A stretch of DNA of 43,362 nt from Octopus bimaculoides (GCF_001194135.2 NC_069005.1:8035467-8078828); one strand, 5' to 3'. Numbered from the stretch's first letter, positions 1 through 10,345 are shown. Numbers and translations are program-made. The notes: generated by a model from the sequence alone, not told the origin.

Positions 1-101
1 CCTGGTGTTGCCATCCGGTTTCACCAGTCCTCAGTCAAATCGTCCAACCCATGCTAGCATGGAAAGCGGACGTTAAACGATGATGATGATGATGATGATG
101 A
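1..101 (+). mobile_element. 3' end of another young RTE lineage-1 copy with (GAT)n tail
   Basis: Differs from 7197-7294 by one substitution over ~80 nt. Confidence 0.9.
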
Positions 102-176
102 TATGCATGCATACATACACATACATATATATATATATATATGCATGCATACATACATATATATATATATATATTG

Positions 177-218
<42 letters not shown>

Positions 219-222
219 ATGC
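79..222. repeat. Compound microsatellite (GAT)n-(TA)n-(TG)n
   Basis: Direct reading. Confidence 0.95.
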
Positions 223-274
223 ATACAAATCTGTTCTTCAACATAACTATCAATGTTTCATGTACAATACTTAC

Positions 275-345
275 TTCTTGAGGGCAGCAATGGCTGCTGG
301 TTCCCTTTCATTTTCAGCCTGTGTTGTGCCCAGATACTGCCAAGC
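275..345 (-). CDS. PEX5: PEX5 exon (TPR): [23 protein letters not shown](K)
   Basis: Acceptor ttgtctttcag|, donor GAA|gtaagt; 71 nt, phase 0-2; matches human [15 protein letters not shown]. Confidence 0.97.
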
Positions 346-356
346 CTGAAAGACAA

Positions 357-387
<31 letters not shown>

Positions 388-608
388 TAAAAATCTTATC
401 TACTCTGGGCACAAGGCTCTAAAATTTCAGGGCGGGTGCCAGTCGATTAGATCGACTCCAGTACACAACTGGTACTTAATTTATCGACCCCGAAAGGATG
501 AAAGGCAAAGTTGACCTCAGTGGAATTTGAACTCAGAACGTAAAGATGGATGAAACACTGCTAAGTATTTTGCTTGGCATGCTAATGATTCTACATGCTT
601 GCTGCCTT
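357..608 (-). mobile_element. tRNA-derived SINE family A with (ATT)n tail
   Basis: A-box/B-box head (ggcagaatcgttagc...gagttcaaattcc) and body ctttcatcctttcggggtcgat on minus. Confidence 0.88.
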
Positions 609-654
609 GACAACGTCTGATAGTTGTAAATCAGTTTTCACCCTCATCTGAAGC

Positions 655-845
655 ACAGTCATTCATTTCTAATCTTATGTGAAAAACATATCTGGCCACA
701 GGGAAATATTACTTTGCTTGGAAACAGTTGAGGGCTGACAACAAGAAGGACTTTCGGCAATAGAAAAGCTGCCTCAATAAACTCAGTCCGATTCATGCAA
801 GCATGGAAGATTGGACATTGGAAATGAAAATAATGATGATGTCTA
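655..845 (+). mobile_element. RTE-3'UTR-derived short repeat; similar copies at ~1685-1805, 2395-2470, 34465-34635, 41285-41475 (+) and 11255-11400, 15000-15230, 28040-28225, 35895-36060 (-)
   Basis: Shared motif ...gaagggcatc..gtagaaaatctgcctc...cccatgcaagcatggaa...(gat)n. Confidence 0.75.
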
Positions 846-965
846 TGACTCCTATAGTGGCCCCTGTGATTCCTTCAGCCATCTTACACACCCCTGCGTG
901 TTACCCTTATAGCCCCCTACACATCTAAATCTGATACCATTGCCCCTACATCACCGACAACTTAC

Positions 966-1109
966 TTCGGCATGAGATGCATCTTTCTGTACTGCTGCTT
1001 CGAACAAAAGGACGGCGTTAGGAATGTCTCCTTTCTTTAGTTTCTCCAGTCCGGCATTGAAAGGGTCTTTCTGTTGTAGTAACGGGTTTTCACTAGCAAA
1101 CTTGTAGTC
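966..1109 (-). CDS. PEX5: PEX5 exon (start of TPR domain): DYKFASENPLLQQKDPFNAGLEKLKKGDIPNAVLLFEAAVQKDASHAE
   Basis: Acceptor ttcttctttatag|, donor GAA|gtaagt; 144 nt, phase 0-0; near-identical to human GDLPNAVLLFEAAVQ. Confidence 0.97.
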
Positions 1110-1146
1110 CTATAAAGAAGAAATCATATATATTAGAAACAACAAG

Positions 1147-1650
1147 AATCATCATCATCATCATCCCTTAATGTCCATTTTCCATGCTGGCATGAGGTTG
1201 CATGGTTTGACAAGAGCTAACTAGCTGAAGAACTGCCTGAGTTCCATGTCTACTTTGGTATGGTTTCTATGGCTGTGTACCCTTTCTAATGCCAACCAGT
1301 TCACAGTGTACTGGGTACTTTTACATGGTATTGGCATGGGCACACATGTGGAACGAGCATGGGTGCTTTTTATGTGACACCAGCCAGAAGGTTAAGTCAC
1401 TCAGTCGATGAGGGATGTAGGGGACATACCTGAATGCAAAGACAGCTATGCTTTTACTTAGCTTGACAGGTCTTATAAAATCAAGCACAGCAAACTTCCA
1501 GAAGTCTTGGTCCCTTGTTATCCCCTCTGTGAGGCCCAACGTCTGAAGATCCTTTCTCATCACTTTGTCCCACATCTTCCTGTGTCTACCCCTTCCACAT
1601 GTTCCCTCCACAACACACAGATTTGCATGACATTGCTTGATGATTGTAAG
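1147..1650 (-). mobile_element. Older truncated RTE lineage-1 copy
   Basis: Minus translation VVEGTCGRGRHRKMWDKVMRKDLQTLGLTEG; followed by the same 3' UTR and (cat)n tail on plus. Confidence 0.85.
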
Positions 1651-1844
1651 CAAGTGTCACTGTCAGGTAAGCAGTGTCCATCGTTTTGAATTTTCCAAGA
1701 CATGTCTGGTGATGGGAAAACATCACCTTACTCGGAAACAGGTGAGAGTTGACGACAGGAAGGGCATCTAGTCACAGAAAATCTGCCTCAACAAATTCTG
1801 TCCTTAATAATAATAATAATCATCACTATCACATCATCATCAAT

Positions 1845-2298
1845 AATAATAATAATAATAATAACGACAACAATCCTTTCTACTATAGGTACAAGGCCTG
1901 AAATGTTTCTGATTACATCAACCTCAATGCGTAACTGGTACTTAATTTATTGACCCCAAAAGGATGAAAGGAAAAGTTGACCTTAGCGGAATTTGAACTC
2001 AGAATGTAAAGACTGGACATAATACCGCTGAGCATTTCGCTTGGCATGCTAACAATTCGGCCAGCTTGCTGCCTTAATAATAATAATAACCCTTTCTACT
2101 ATAAGCACAAGGCCTAAAATTTTGCAGGAGGGGACTAGTTGTTTACATTAGCCCCAGTGTTTCACTAATACTTAATTTATCAACCTCAAAAGGATGAAAG
2201 GCAAAGTCGACCTTGGTGGAATTTGAACTCAGAACGTGGCGGCAGACAAAGTATCACTAAGCATCTCACCCGGCATGCTAACAGTTCTGTCAGATTGC
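1845..2298 (-). mobile_element. Two head-to-tail family A SINEs
   Basis: Two full repeats separated by (AAT)n at ~2076-2089. Confidence 0.88.
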
Positions 2299-2540
2299 AA
2301 CAACAACAATAATACAGGTGGGTACATAGAGGGGTAGTAAACTCTTCTGTTATATAGATTTTCATATTTGAGAAGTGCACTATAACACCTTTTGTAAGGG
2401 CATCTGGTCATAGAAAATTGTGTCTGACCCATGCAAGTTTGGGAAACTGGATGTTAAATGAGGACGATGAGAGAGAAAGTAAGAGACAAAAAGAGGAGAG
2501 AAAGATAGAGAGAGAGAGATTGAAGACTGCAGTAACTAAC

Positions 2541-2598
2541 TTGGTAGAGTTCACTGTCAGTATATTCTGTCAACCAGGGATGTCCTTCATTCACATTT
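2541..2598 (-). CDS. PEX5: PEX5 exon: NVNEGHPWLTEYTDSELYQ
   Basis: Acceptor tgtgttacag|, donor CAA|gttagt; 58 nt, phase 2-0; HPWLxxY matches human HPWLSDY. Confidence 0.95.
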
Positions 2599-3053
2599 CT
2601 GTAACACATAAAAAAATATTCATTTAGACTTCAATGCCTCACATGAAATTGAACAGGCACTTATAAACCCATTTTGAACCAGATTTCCCAGCTGTAAGTA
2701 AACACAAAAATGTAAAAATTCTTAGAAAAAGAGAAAAGAGCAGATTGCAGTGATGCCTTCCAGAAAGAATTCAACAATTAGCTCTGATTTAATTTTTGTC
2801 AAAAACCATTAAATTAACACTTGCACGTGACTCAATACTTCTGCTATTGAAAATGGTCAACTAGGAGCAATAAGATCGCCGCCGCCGCTGCCGCCGCCAC
2901 CATCATCATCCTGTATGTATGTAATGTAATAAAAACTAAAATTCTAGTTAAAGACAGCTCCCATGGTTTCCTGGTCAAAACAAATTTATTTCACCATTTT
3001 TTTCAAGCTCATAACACAACCATTTCTCAGTTGCTTTTTGAAGAAGATGATGT

Positions 3054-3270
3054 TTAACCCTTTTGATGTTTTTTACCATATTTCTGTTGAGATGCTCTGT
3101 GTTTCTTTCAACTAATTTAAAATATAACAAAGAATTCAGTAGAATAACTTAGTTACCATTAAACTAGTGTTAGGATCATAAACTGTGACTAAGGTTTGGT
3201 GGAAGATTTTAATTCAGAACTTTTGAAAACAAGACATTTGTACCCTACAATGTCATTCTAAAAATAAATG
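3054..3270 (+). mobile_element. TTAA-flanked (piggyBac-like) MITE family; related pieces at ~7370-7535, 10355-10740 (two adjacent units), 41752-41847
   Basis: Termini ttaacccttt / aagggttaa; shared ctttgtttcaattaattttgaaaat..aagaatt motifs. Confidence 0.6.
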
Positions 3271-3645
3271 ACCATCATCATTATTGTTTAATGTCCATTT
3301 TCTATGCTGGCATAGGTTGGATGGTTTGACAGGATCTGGCACCAAATCTATGTGTCTGTTTTGGCATGGTCTTTATGGCTGGATGCTCTTCCCAACACCA
3401 ACCACCTCGTAGAGTGGATTGAGTGCTTTTTACATGGTACCAGCACAAGCAAGGTCAGTTTTGGCATGGTTTTTACAGCCCTTCCAAATGCCAACCACTT
3501 CAAAGTGTGGACTGGATGCTTTTTACACCAACGAAATCTAGGAGTGAGATAGTACATTATTAATTCAAACCATTTGAATAAACAAACATTACATTTAACA
3601 CATTAATCTGAATGCTAAAACGTGAAAAAAAAAAAAAAAAATTAC

Positions 3646-3764
3646 CGGTCAACATCTTCCCAATGTTTCTGAAGATTCTCCCAAAACTGTTCATCAGAAA
3701 TTGTCTCACTGCCCATTTCTTTTGTGAATTCTTCTTGCCATTGGTCAACTAAAGACTTGACACT
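3646..3764 (-). CDS. PEX5: PEX5 exon: SVKSLVDQWQEEFTKEMGSETISDEQFWENLQKHWEDVD(R)
   Basis: Acceptor tttttttatgaag|, donor CCG|gtaatt; 119 nt, phase 0-2; WQEEF motif; FWENLQ matches human FWDKLQ. Confidence 0.94.
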
Positions 3765-3806
3765 CTTCATAAAAAAAGAAAAAAGAAAAAAAATACAGAT
3801 GCAAAT

Positions 3807-4104
3807 AGGTGCAAGCATGGCTGTGTGGTAAGCAGTTTGCTTTCTAACCAATGGTTCTGGGTTCAGTTCCACTTTAGACAGGTGTCTTCTTGGTAGACAG
3901 AAACTGAAAGGAGCCCATCATCTGTGTGTATATACATATATATATGTGTGTGTGTGTCTGTGTGTGTGCGTCCTCCACTGTTTGTATGTTTATATCCCCA
4001 TAACTTAGTGGTTTGGCAAAAGAGTCCAATAGAATATGTACCAGGCTTAAAAAAATAAGTACTGGGGTTGATCCACTTGACTAAAATTCTTCAAGGTAGT
4101 GCCT
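3807..4104 (+). mobile_element. Family B SINE; other copies or fragments at ~7553-7790, 25740-25930, 32420-32840 (+) and 4590-4715, 11425-11595, 15270-15432, 18130-18330, 22700-22945, 35480-35650, 35790-35895 (-)
   Basis: gcatggctgtgtggtaag...ggttcagttccact...gtagacagaaactgaaag motifs. Confidence 0.82.
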
Positions 4105-5449
4105 GGGTTAACACCAAAAAATGGACAAGCCTCACTATCACTGTGATGTTAACCAGGCAATGATCAATCCGGTATGAGTTGTGGTCATCATCTTGAATGC
4201 ATCATGAACAGGTGGCACCCATTTGTCTGCAAGCTGTTAACCACAACTGTATGCCTCTACCTGAGCAGTTTCCTCCTTCCAAGTCTACAACACACACGTG
4301 TGTATGAAGGTGTGTGTCCAAGGTGTGTCTCCAACAATCTAGAGATCAGGGTTTTGGTTCCAAGACCAAGTGGTGTGTTGTGTTCTTGAGCAAAACACTT
4401 TGTTTCACATTGCTCCAGTCAACTCTGCTTTAAATGGGTAACCCTGTGACAGACTAGCTTTCCAATCAGAGAAATGTTGGCCTGATCACTTCGCCAAAAG
4501 CCTAAATCAATGCAAAGTGCACTGTGATCACCAATGTATAACAGCATCTGATAGTCTGGTCAATCACGGGATATATATCTACCACACACAAGATTCTTTC
4601 TGGTTACAGTTTTTCAAATCCATGCATAAGGCTTTAGTCAGCTCAAGGCTATAGCAGAAGACACTAGCTCAAACTTGAAACCATGTAACTGGAAAGTAAA
4701 CTTCTTAACCACACAGAAAAAATTATATTTTCACTAAATTTTGTGGGGGTTTCTTTGGTTATTTAGTAAGTCATTTGAATAAATATAGACTCCTGCACCA
4801 TTTTACATGGCATATGATAAATGACATAAGATGAACCAAAAAAACCCCTAAAAACTCAAATCATAGAATTGGAGACAGAAAATGAAAAGAAATACAGGTA
4901 CAACATTGATTTTTCAGAACCTTTGGTTTGAAAGCCTTTCCAGAATTACTGAATGGCCCCTTTGATTCCTATTCTACTCTACTGGACCTCCATAGCCATT
5001 GGCTGTATATGAAAAAGTAATCCTTTTGTATTTTCACAATTAAGCAATCGTAGGAATTGTATAAAAAATTAATATATTTTATGTATTGTGGAAGTATAAG
5101 CAATTTATTGTACATAAATTTTAACAACAGAATCTTATATAGACCCACAAGGGCTATATGGAGCCCGGTTGAGAATAACTGCAATAAATTAAACAAATGT
5201 TGAATGTACTTAAATAATTAAATGAAATACATGCATTAGCACAAATTTATTAATACTGCTCTGTGCAATACTGATATATTGCACACACCAGTAAATTAGC
5301 CTGGCAGGTGTAGGAATTTGATGTACCTGCTCATAAATTAGTGTAGATTATGAGTTATAAGAGGTTTACGACCACCATCTCCAGAAAGTCAGTGATGTAC
5401 AAATATGCTCACACATATCGATATACAGTAACAGCAACACAATTTCTTT

Positions 5450-5750
5450 TGGATAGTAGTGACAAAAATATATTAAGATTCTAACTATATGTAAATATAA
5501 TAATTAGTTATACAACAATTATTCAAATGTTGATCACATATGCAGATATGTTAGTAGTGACAAAATATATTAAAATACTGACCAAACAGCATAGATGTAA
5601 ATAGTTAGTGGTTACAAAATATATTCAAATACTGATCTCATATATAGTTATAATAGTTAGTAGTAGAAAATGCATTCGATTATTAGCCACATACATAAGT
5701 GTAGAAGTTAGTAATGATACAAAATGCATCAAAATACTGACCACACATCA
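5450..5750 (+). repeat. Degenerate ~50-55-bp tandem array (~6 units)
   Basis: Recurring tagtagtgacaaaatatattaaaatactga(c/t)ca units. Confidence 0.7.
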
Positions 5751-6000
5751 TCATCATCACCATTTAACATCCATTTGCAATGCTGGCATGGATTGGATGG
5801 TTTGACAGGTGGTGACCAGCAGAAGAGCTGCCCAGGTTTTATGTGTGTTCTGACTTGGTTTCTATGGCTGGCTGCCCTTCCTAATACCACGCACTTTAAA
5901 GAGTATACTGGGTGCTTTTATGCAGCACAGGCACAGGTGTTTACCTGGCACCAGTAATGGATATAAAAAGGCTTTGAGTACAAAACATATTCAAATATTG

Positions 6001-6213
6001 GTTTCAAATTTTAGCACAAGGCCAGAAATTTCAAGAGATGGAGGAAGTCAATTACATCAACCCTAGTATTCAACTGGTACTTATTTTATTGACTTTGAAA
6101 GAATGAAAGGGAAAGTCAACCTCACTGGAGTTTGAACTCAGAATGTTAAGTCACAAGAAATACTGCGAAGGATTTTTTCCAGCATGGCACCAATTCTGCC
6201 AGCTGACTGCCTT
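6001..6213 (-). mobile_element. Family A SINE with target-site duplication
   Basis: Flanks aacatattcaaatattg (5984-6000) / aacatattcaaacatcg (6214-6230). Confidence 0.88.
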
Positions 6214-6583
6214 AACATATTCAAACATCGATCAAATACCAACCTCAGGTATTATCCTCATCATTTGATGTCTGTTTTCCATGCTGGCATGGGTTGGATG
6301 ATTTGATAAGAGCTGCATCAGGTTCCAATCTGATTCAGCATAGTCTCTATGACTGGATGCCCTTCCTAATGCCAACCACTCCAAGAGTGTAGTGGGTGCT
6401 TTTTATGTGCCGGTTATGTAACACTGGCAACAGCCATGACTACAATTTCACAAGTCTTCTCATTATTATAATTATTATAATAATATACTAATTATAATAA
6501 TTAGTATTACAAAACACAGCCAAACATCAACCACATTTGTAGAAATTATAATACTTTTTGACCTTCCTGACGGGTATGTCAAT

Positions 6584-7294
6584 GTGAATACCCGTCAGAG
6601 TGTAAGTATCTTGAGAGAAAAGCTGAACATTAGAAGCATCAGTTGTGGCGTGCAAGAGAGACGATTGCGCTGGTATGGACATGTGGTGAGAATGGAGGAG
6701 GATAGCTGCGTGAAAAAGTGCCACACCCTAACAGTTGAGGGAACCCGTGGAAGAGGTAGGCCCAGGAAGACCTGGGCTGAGGTGGTGAGGCAAGACCTTC
6801 GTACATTGGGCCTCACCGAGGCGATGACTACTGACCGAGACCTTTGGAAATGTGCTGTGCGTGAGAAGACCCGGCAAACCAAGTAAGNNNNNNNNNNNNN
6901 NNNNNNNNNNNNNNNNNNNNNNNNNNNNNNNNNNNNNNNNNNNNNNNNNNNNNNNNNNNNNNNNNNNNNNNNNNNNNNNNNNNNNNNNNNNNNNNNNNNN
7001 NNNNNNNNNNNGGATTTTCGAGCGAGATCGTTGCCAGTGCCCCTGGACTGGCTTGTGCGGGTGGCACATAAAAGACACCATTTCGAGCGTGGCCGTTTTC
7101 GTGCGGGTGACACGTAAAAGCACCCACTACACTCTCTGAGTGGTTGGCGTTAGGAAGGGCATCCAGCTGTAGAAACTCTGCCAAATCAGACTGGAGCCTG
7201 GTGTTGCCATCCGGTTTCACCAGTCCTCAGTCAAATCGTCCAACCCATGCTAGCATGGAAAGCAGACGTTAAACGATGATGATGATGATGATGA
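6584..7294 (+). mobile_element. 5'-truncated RTE-clade LINE (lineage 1), ORF C-terminus plus 3' UTR and (GAT)n tail
   Basis: Stop-free RRLRWYGHVVRME...GTRGRGRPRKTWAEVVRQDL to stop at 6886; UTR spans N-gap 6888-7011; ends cgttaaac(gat)n. Confidence 0.92.
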
Positions 7295-8202
7295 TTTAAC
7301 TTCTTGTTTGGTTGTCACCTTCTTAAAACCTAATGATGCCAACTTACCAAAGGCAACTTCTAGTCCTACTGTTTCAAACTGATCTAAATTAAATCTTCCA
7401 TCAACATTTTGTATTAATTTACATTCCAAACACCATTTTAATGATGATAGTTAATGAATTCTGCATTATTTTCAAACTTAATTGAAACAAACACAATGCA
7501 TTTCAGCAGAGATATGGTAATAAGAAGGTCAAGTATTGCTTCTGATTACAGACGTAGAGGCAAGGCTGTGTGGTTTACAAGGTTGTTTTCCAATCATAAG
7601 GTTTCAGGTTCAGTCCCATAGTGTGGTACTATGTCTCCTACTATAGCCCTGGGCAATTGTCTTCTACTATAGCCTGAGTGGATTTGGTCGATCAAAACTG
7701 AATGAAACCTGTTCTACATATATGTGTGTATACACACATATGCACGCGTGTGTGTTTTTGTGTTTGCCCCACAATCGACCCCCGCCAGTAGTTAACTTTT
7801 TTTGAAGCTTGTTACTTATTCTGGCCTCTCTCGATAATTCATGGGGATGTTAACAACAGACCCATCATCAAACTTTGGTGTCGGGGTGGGGATAGGGTGA
7901 GGAGGGTTGCTTTGGAATATTCTGGGTTGGCATTAATTTGTAATAATGCTAAAGTGCAGTTTCGAAATAAGTATTGTACCGTAAATCTGAGGGTGCAACC
8001 ATTGAATAGAGAGGGGCAAGTGCCATCCAGTGCACTCCCTTAATTACAGGTAAGTTAGACAGACTTCATGAATTGTATTGCAGGAAAATTTTTCTAAAGT
8101 GTATTTTCTAAATTTGAGGGTGCACTGGCGTTGATGTAATTGACCTCCCCCTCCTCTCAAAACTGCTGGCCTTGTGCTAAAATTTGAAACATTATTATTA
8201 TT

Positions 8203-8610
8203 AAGGTGGTGAGCTGGCAGAAATGTTAGCACGCCGGACGAAATGCTTAGCGGTATTTCGTCTGCCACTGCATTCTGAGTTCAAATTCCGCCGAGGTCGA
8301 CTTTGCCTTTCATCCTTTCAGGGTCGATAAATTAAGTACCAGTTATGCACTGGGGTCGATATAATCGACTTAATCCGTTTGTCTGTCCCCTCTGTGTGTA
8401 GCCCCTTGTGGGCATTAAAGAAATAGGTATTTCGTCTGCCGCTACGTTCTGAGTTCAAATTCCGCCGAGGTCGACTTTGCCTTTCATCCTTTCGGGGTCA
8501 ATTAAATAAGTACCAGTTACGCACTGGGGTCGATATAATCGAGTTAATCCGTTTGTCTGTCCTTGTTTGTCCCCTCTGTGTGTAGCCCCTTGTGGGTAGT
8601 AAAGAAATAA
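8203..8610 (+). mobile_element. Family A SINE dimer (full unit plus 5'-truncated unit)
   Basis: aaggtggtgagctggcagaa... head; second unit restarts at gtatttcgtctgcc (~8427); near-identical bodies. Confidence 0.92.
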
Positions 8611-9059
8611 CACAGGCATACCTGTGCTTATTGCCATGCCTAACAAATTGAAACAAAAAGGTAAACAAAAGTCCGTCAAGATAGTTTAGTAAAAAGCACG
8701 CAAAACAAAACAAAACAAACAAACAAACAAACCCCCAAAGCTACAACTTTTGCATTTTATAATACTTAGGAATTTAAAGTTATTTCACGTCACACCACTG
8801 ATATGAATTATTTAATTTTCTTATCAAAACATCTGTCTGGCAAAAATAAAAGATTAAATAGCAAAAAAGAAAAGATAAAGATTATGTTTCATGCATTTGT
8901 TAATTACACATAACGAAACACACAGAAACCATTAGAAACAAAAATAGATCATTAAAAAAAACAAAACAAAACAAACGAAATTGCTAAGAAAACAATCCAC
9001 TAAACAAGGAGATGCTTCAGCACTGCATAGCAAGTTTAGAGTTTTCTGTCCGACCTTAC

Positions 9060-9185
9060 CTCTTCCGACACAAAATGTTCTACCCACTGTTCAGGAACAT
9101 CCCCAGCGTTCACAGCACCAAGCAGTGCCTCGTTGTCTCTCAACTCTGTCTCCCCGTGGGTGACATTTGATATAAATTTCATGAA
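9060..9185 (-). CDS. PEX5: PEX5 PEX7-binding exon: FMKFISNVTHGETELRDNEALLGAVNAGDVPEQWVEHFVSEE
   Basis: Acceptor gatttatag|, donor GAG|gtaagg; 126 nt, phase 0-0; aligns to the human PEX5L-specific FLKFVRQIGEGQVSL...EQWAAEF segment. Confidence 0.94.
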
Positions 9186-9348
9186 CTATAAATCAGAACA
9201 AGAACAGTAAATAACAAAAAAGTGGTTTGTTTGAATTGGATTCGGAATTCACAGGCTGGGCGTTGTTGTGTTGATATGGTTATGGTTCAGTGTGAGGATG
9301 TATTTGAGGGCAGTGGAGAAGGAATAACAGGATGGTAGGTGATAATGT

Positions 9349-10070
9349 TAGTGGTCGGTAGAGAATGTTTGTGGGCAGTGGATGTAGTTTGTGAGTAGTG
9401 GAGACTGTTTGTAGGCAATGAAAGGTTGTTTGTGGGAAGTATAGGTCGTTTGTGGGCTATGAAGGGGGTTTCTGGAAAGTGGTGGTTGTTTGTGGGTAGT
9501 GGAGATTGTTTGTGGGAAGTAGAGACCGTTTGTGGGCAATGAAGGGTGTTTGTGGGAAGTGGAGATTGTTTGTGGGAAGTATAGGTCGTTTGTGGGCTAT
9601 GAAGGGGGTTTGTGGGCAGTGGAGGTAGTTTCTGGAAAGTGGTGGTTGTTTGTGGGTAGTGGAGATTGTTTGTGGGAAGTAGAGACCGTTTGTGGGCAAT
9701 GAAGGGTGTTTGTGGGAAGTGGAGATTGTTTGTGGGAAGTATAGGTCGTTTGTGGGCANNNNNNNNNNNNNNNNNNNNNNNNNNNNNNNNNNNNNNNNNN
9801 NNNNNNNNNNNNNNNNNNNNNNNAGTTTCTGGAAAGTGGTGGTTGTTTGTGGGTAGTGGAGATTGTTTGTGGGAAGTAGAGACCGTTTGTGGGCAATGAA
9901 GGGTGTTTGTGGGAAGTGGAGATTGTTTGTGGGAAGTATAGGTCGTTTGTGGGCAGTGGAGGTAGTTTGTGAGTAGTAGAGACTGTTTGTAGGCAATGAA
10001 AGGTTGTTTGTGGGAAGTATAAGTCGTTTGTGGGCTACGAAGGGGGTTTGCGGGCAGTGGAGGTAGTTTC
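9349..10070 (+). repeat. 20-bp GT-rich minisatellite with 8-monomer (160-bp) higher-order repeat
   Basis: Monomers tgtggg-aagt/cagt/tagt/ctat/caat-...-gtt recur in fixed order; N-gap 9759-9823. Confidence 0.95.
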
Positions 10071-10345
10071 TTTGAACGTGGCCTTAGGCTAAATCCAGAC
10101 AGCTATGTGAAGCTGCTGGGAACTGTGATCAAACCATAGCTGGAGAGGATTGCTGCTGGAAGGCCATATATGTAGCAGCAGGATTCAGCTCTTTGCCATA
10201 CTTTCAGAAAGAGTCAGAAATGGTTTGTCAGAGAATTTCTACAACTTCACTAGGCCTGATTTCTGGCCCCCTAATCGTAATACCATGGATTTCTTTGTGT
10301 GTGGCATGGATGACAAAGAGACCAATTGCTCTGCCTGCAACACCA
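10071..10345 (+). mobile_element. Tc1/mariner-superfamily transposase catalytic fragment (pseudogenised)
   Basis: YVKLLGTVIKP*LERIAAGRPYM*QQDSALCHT..SQKW/LSENF..FTRPDFWPPN..MDFFV; two TGG-to-TAG-like stops and a frameshift. Confidence 0.85.

Noticed and set aside
18-36. Hammerhead-like CTGAGGA...GAAAC on minus within the RTE 3' UTR
   Set aside because: Only 5 nt between the core halves, no helix II or helix I
7340-7400. Minus-strand TTG|gtaagt donor as a hidden PEX5 exon
   Set aside because: Upstream sequence is a MITE fragment, there is no suitable acceptor, and flanking exons already join colinearly with homologues
8203-8295. tRNA genes at SINE heads (also 12720-12792, 16160-16236, 25470-25530)
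   Set aside because: A/B boxes are present but there is no closable acceptor stem and they continue into SINE bodies
9349-10070. CRISPR-like or coding interpretation of the regular repeat
   Set aside because: Contiguous monomers without unique spacers, eukaryotic context, no cas genes; 20-bp period is not codon-compatible
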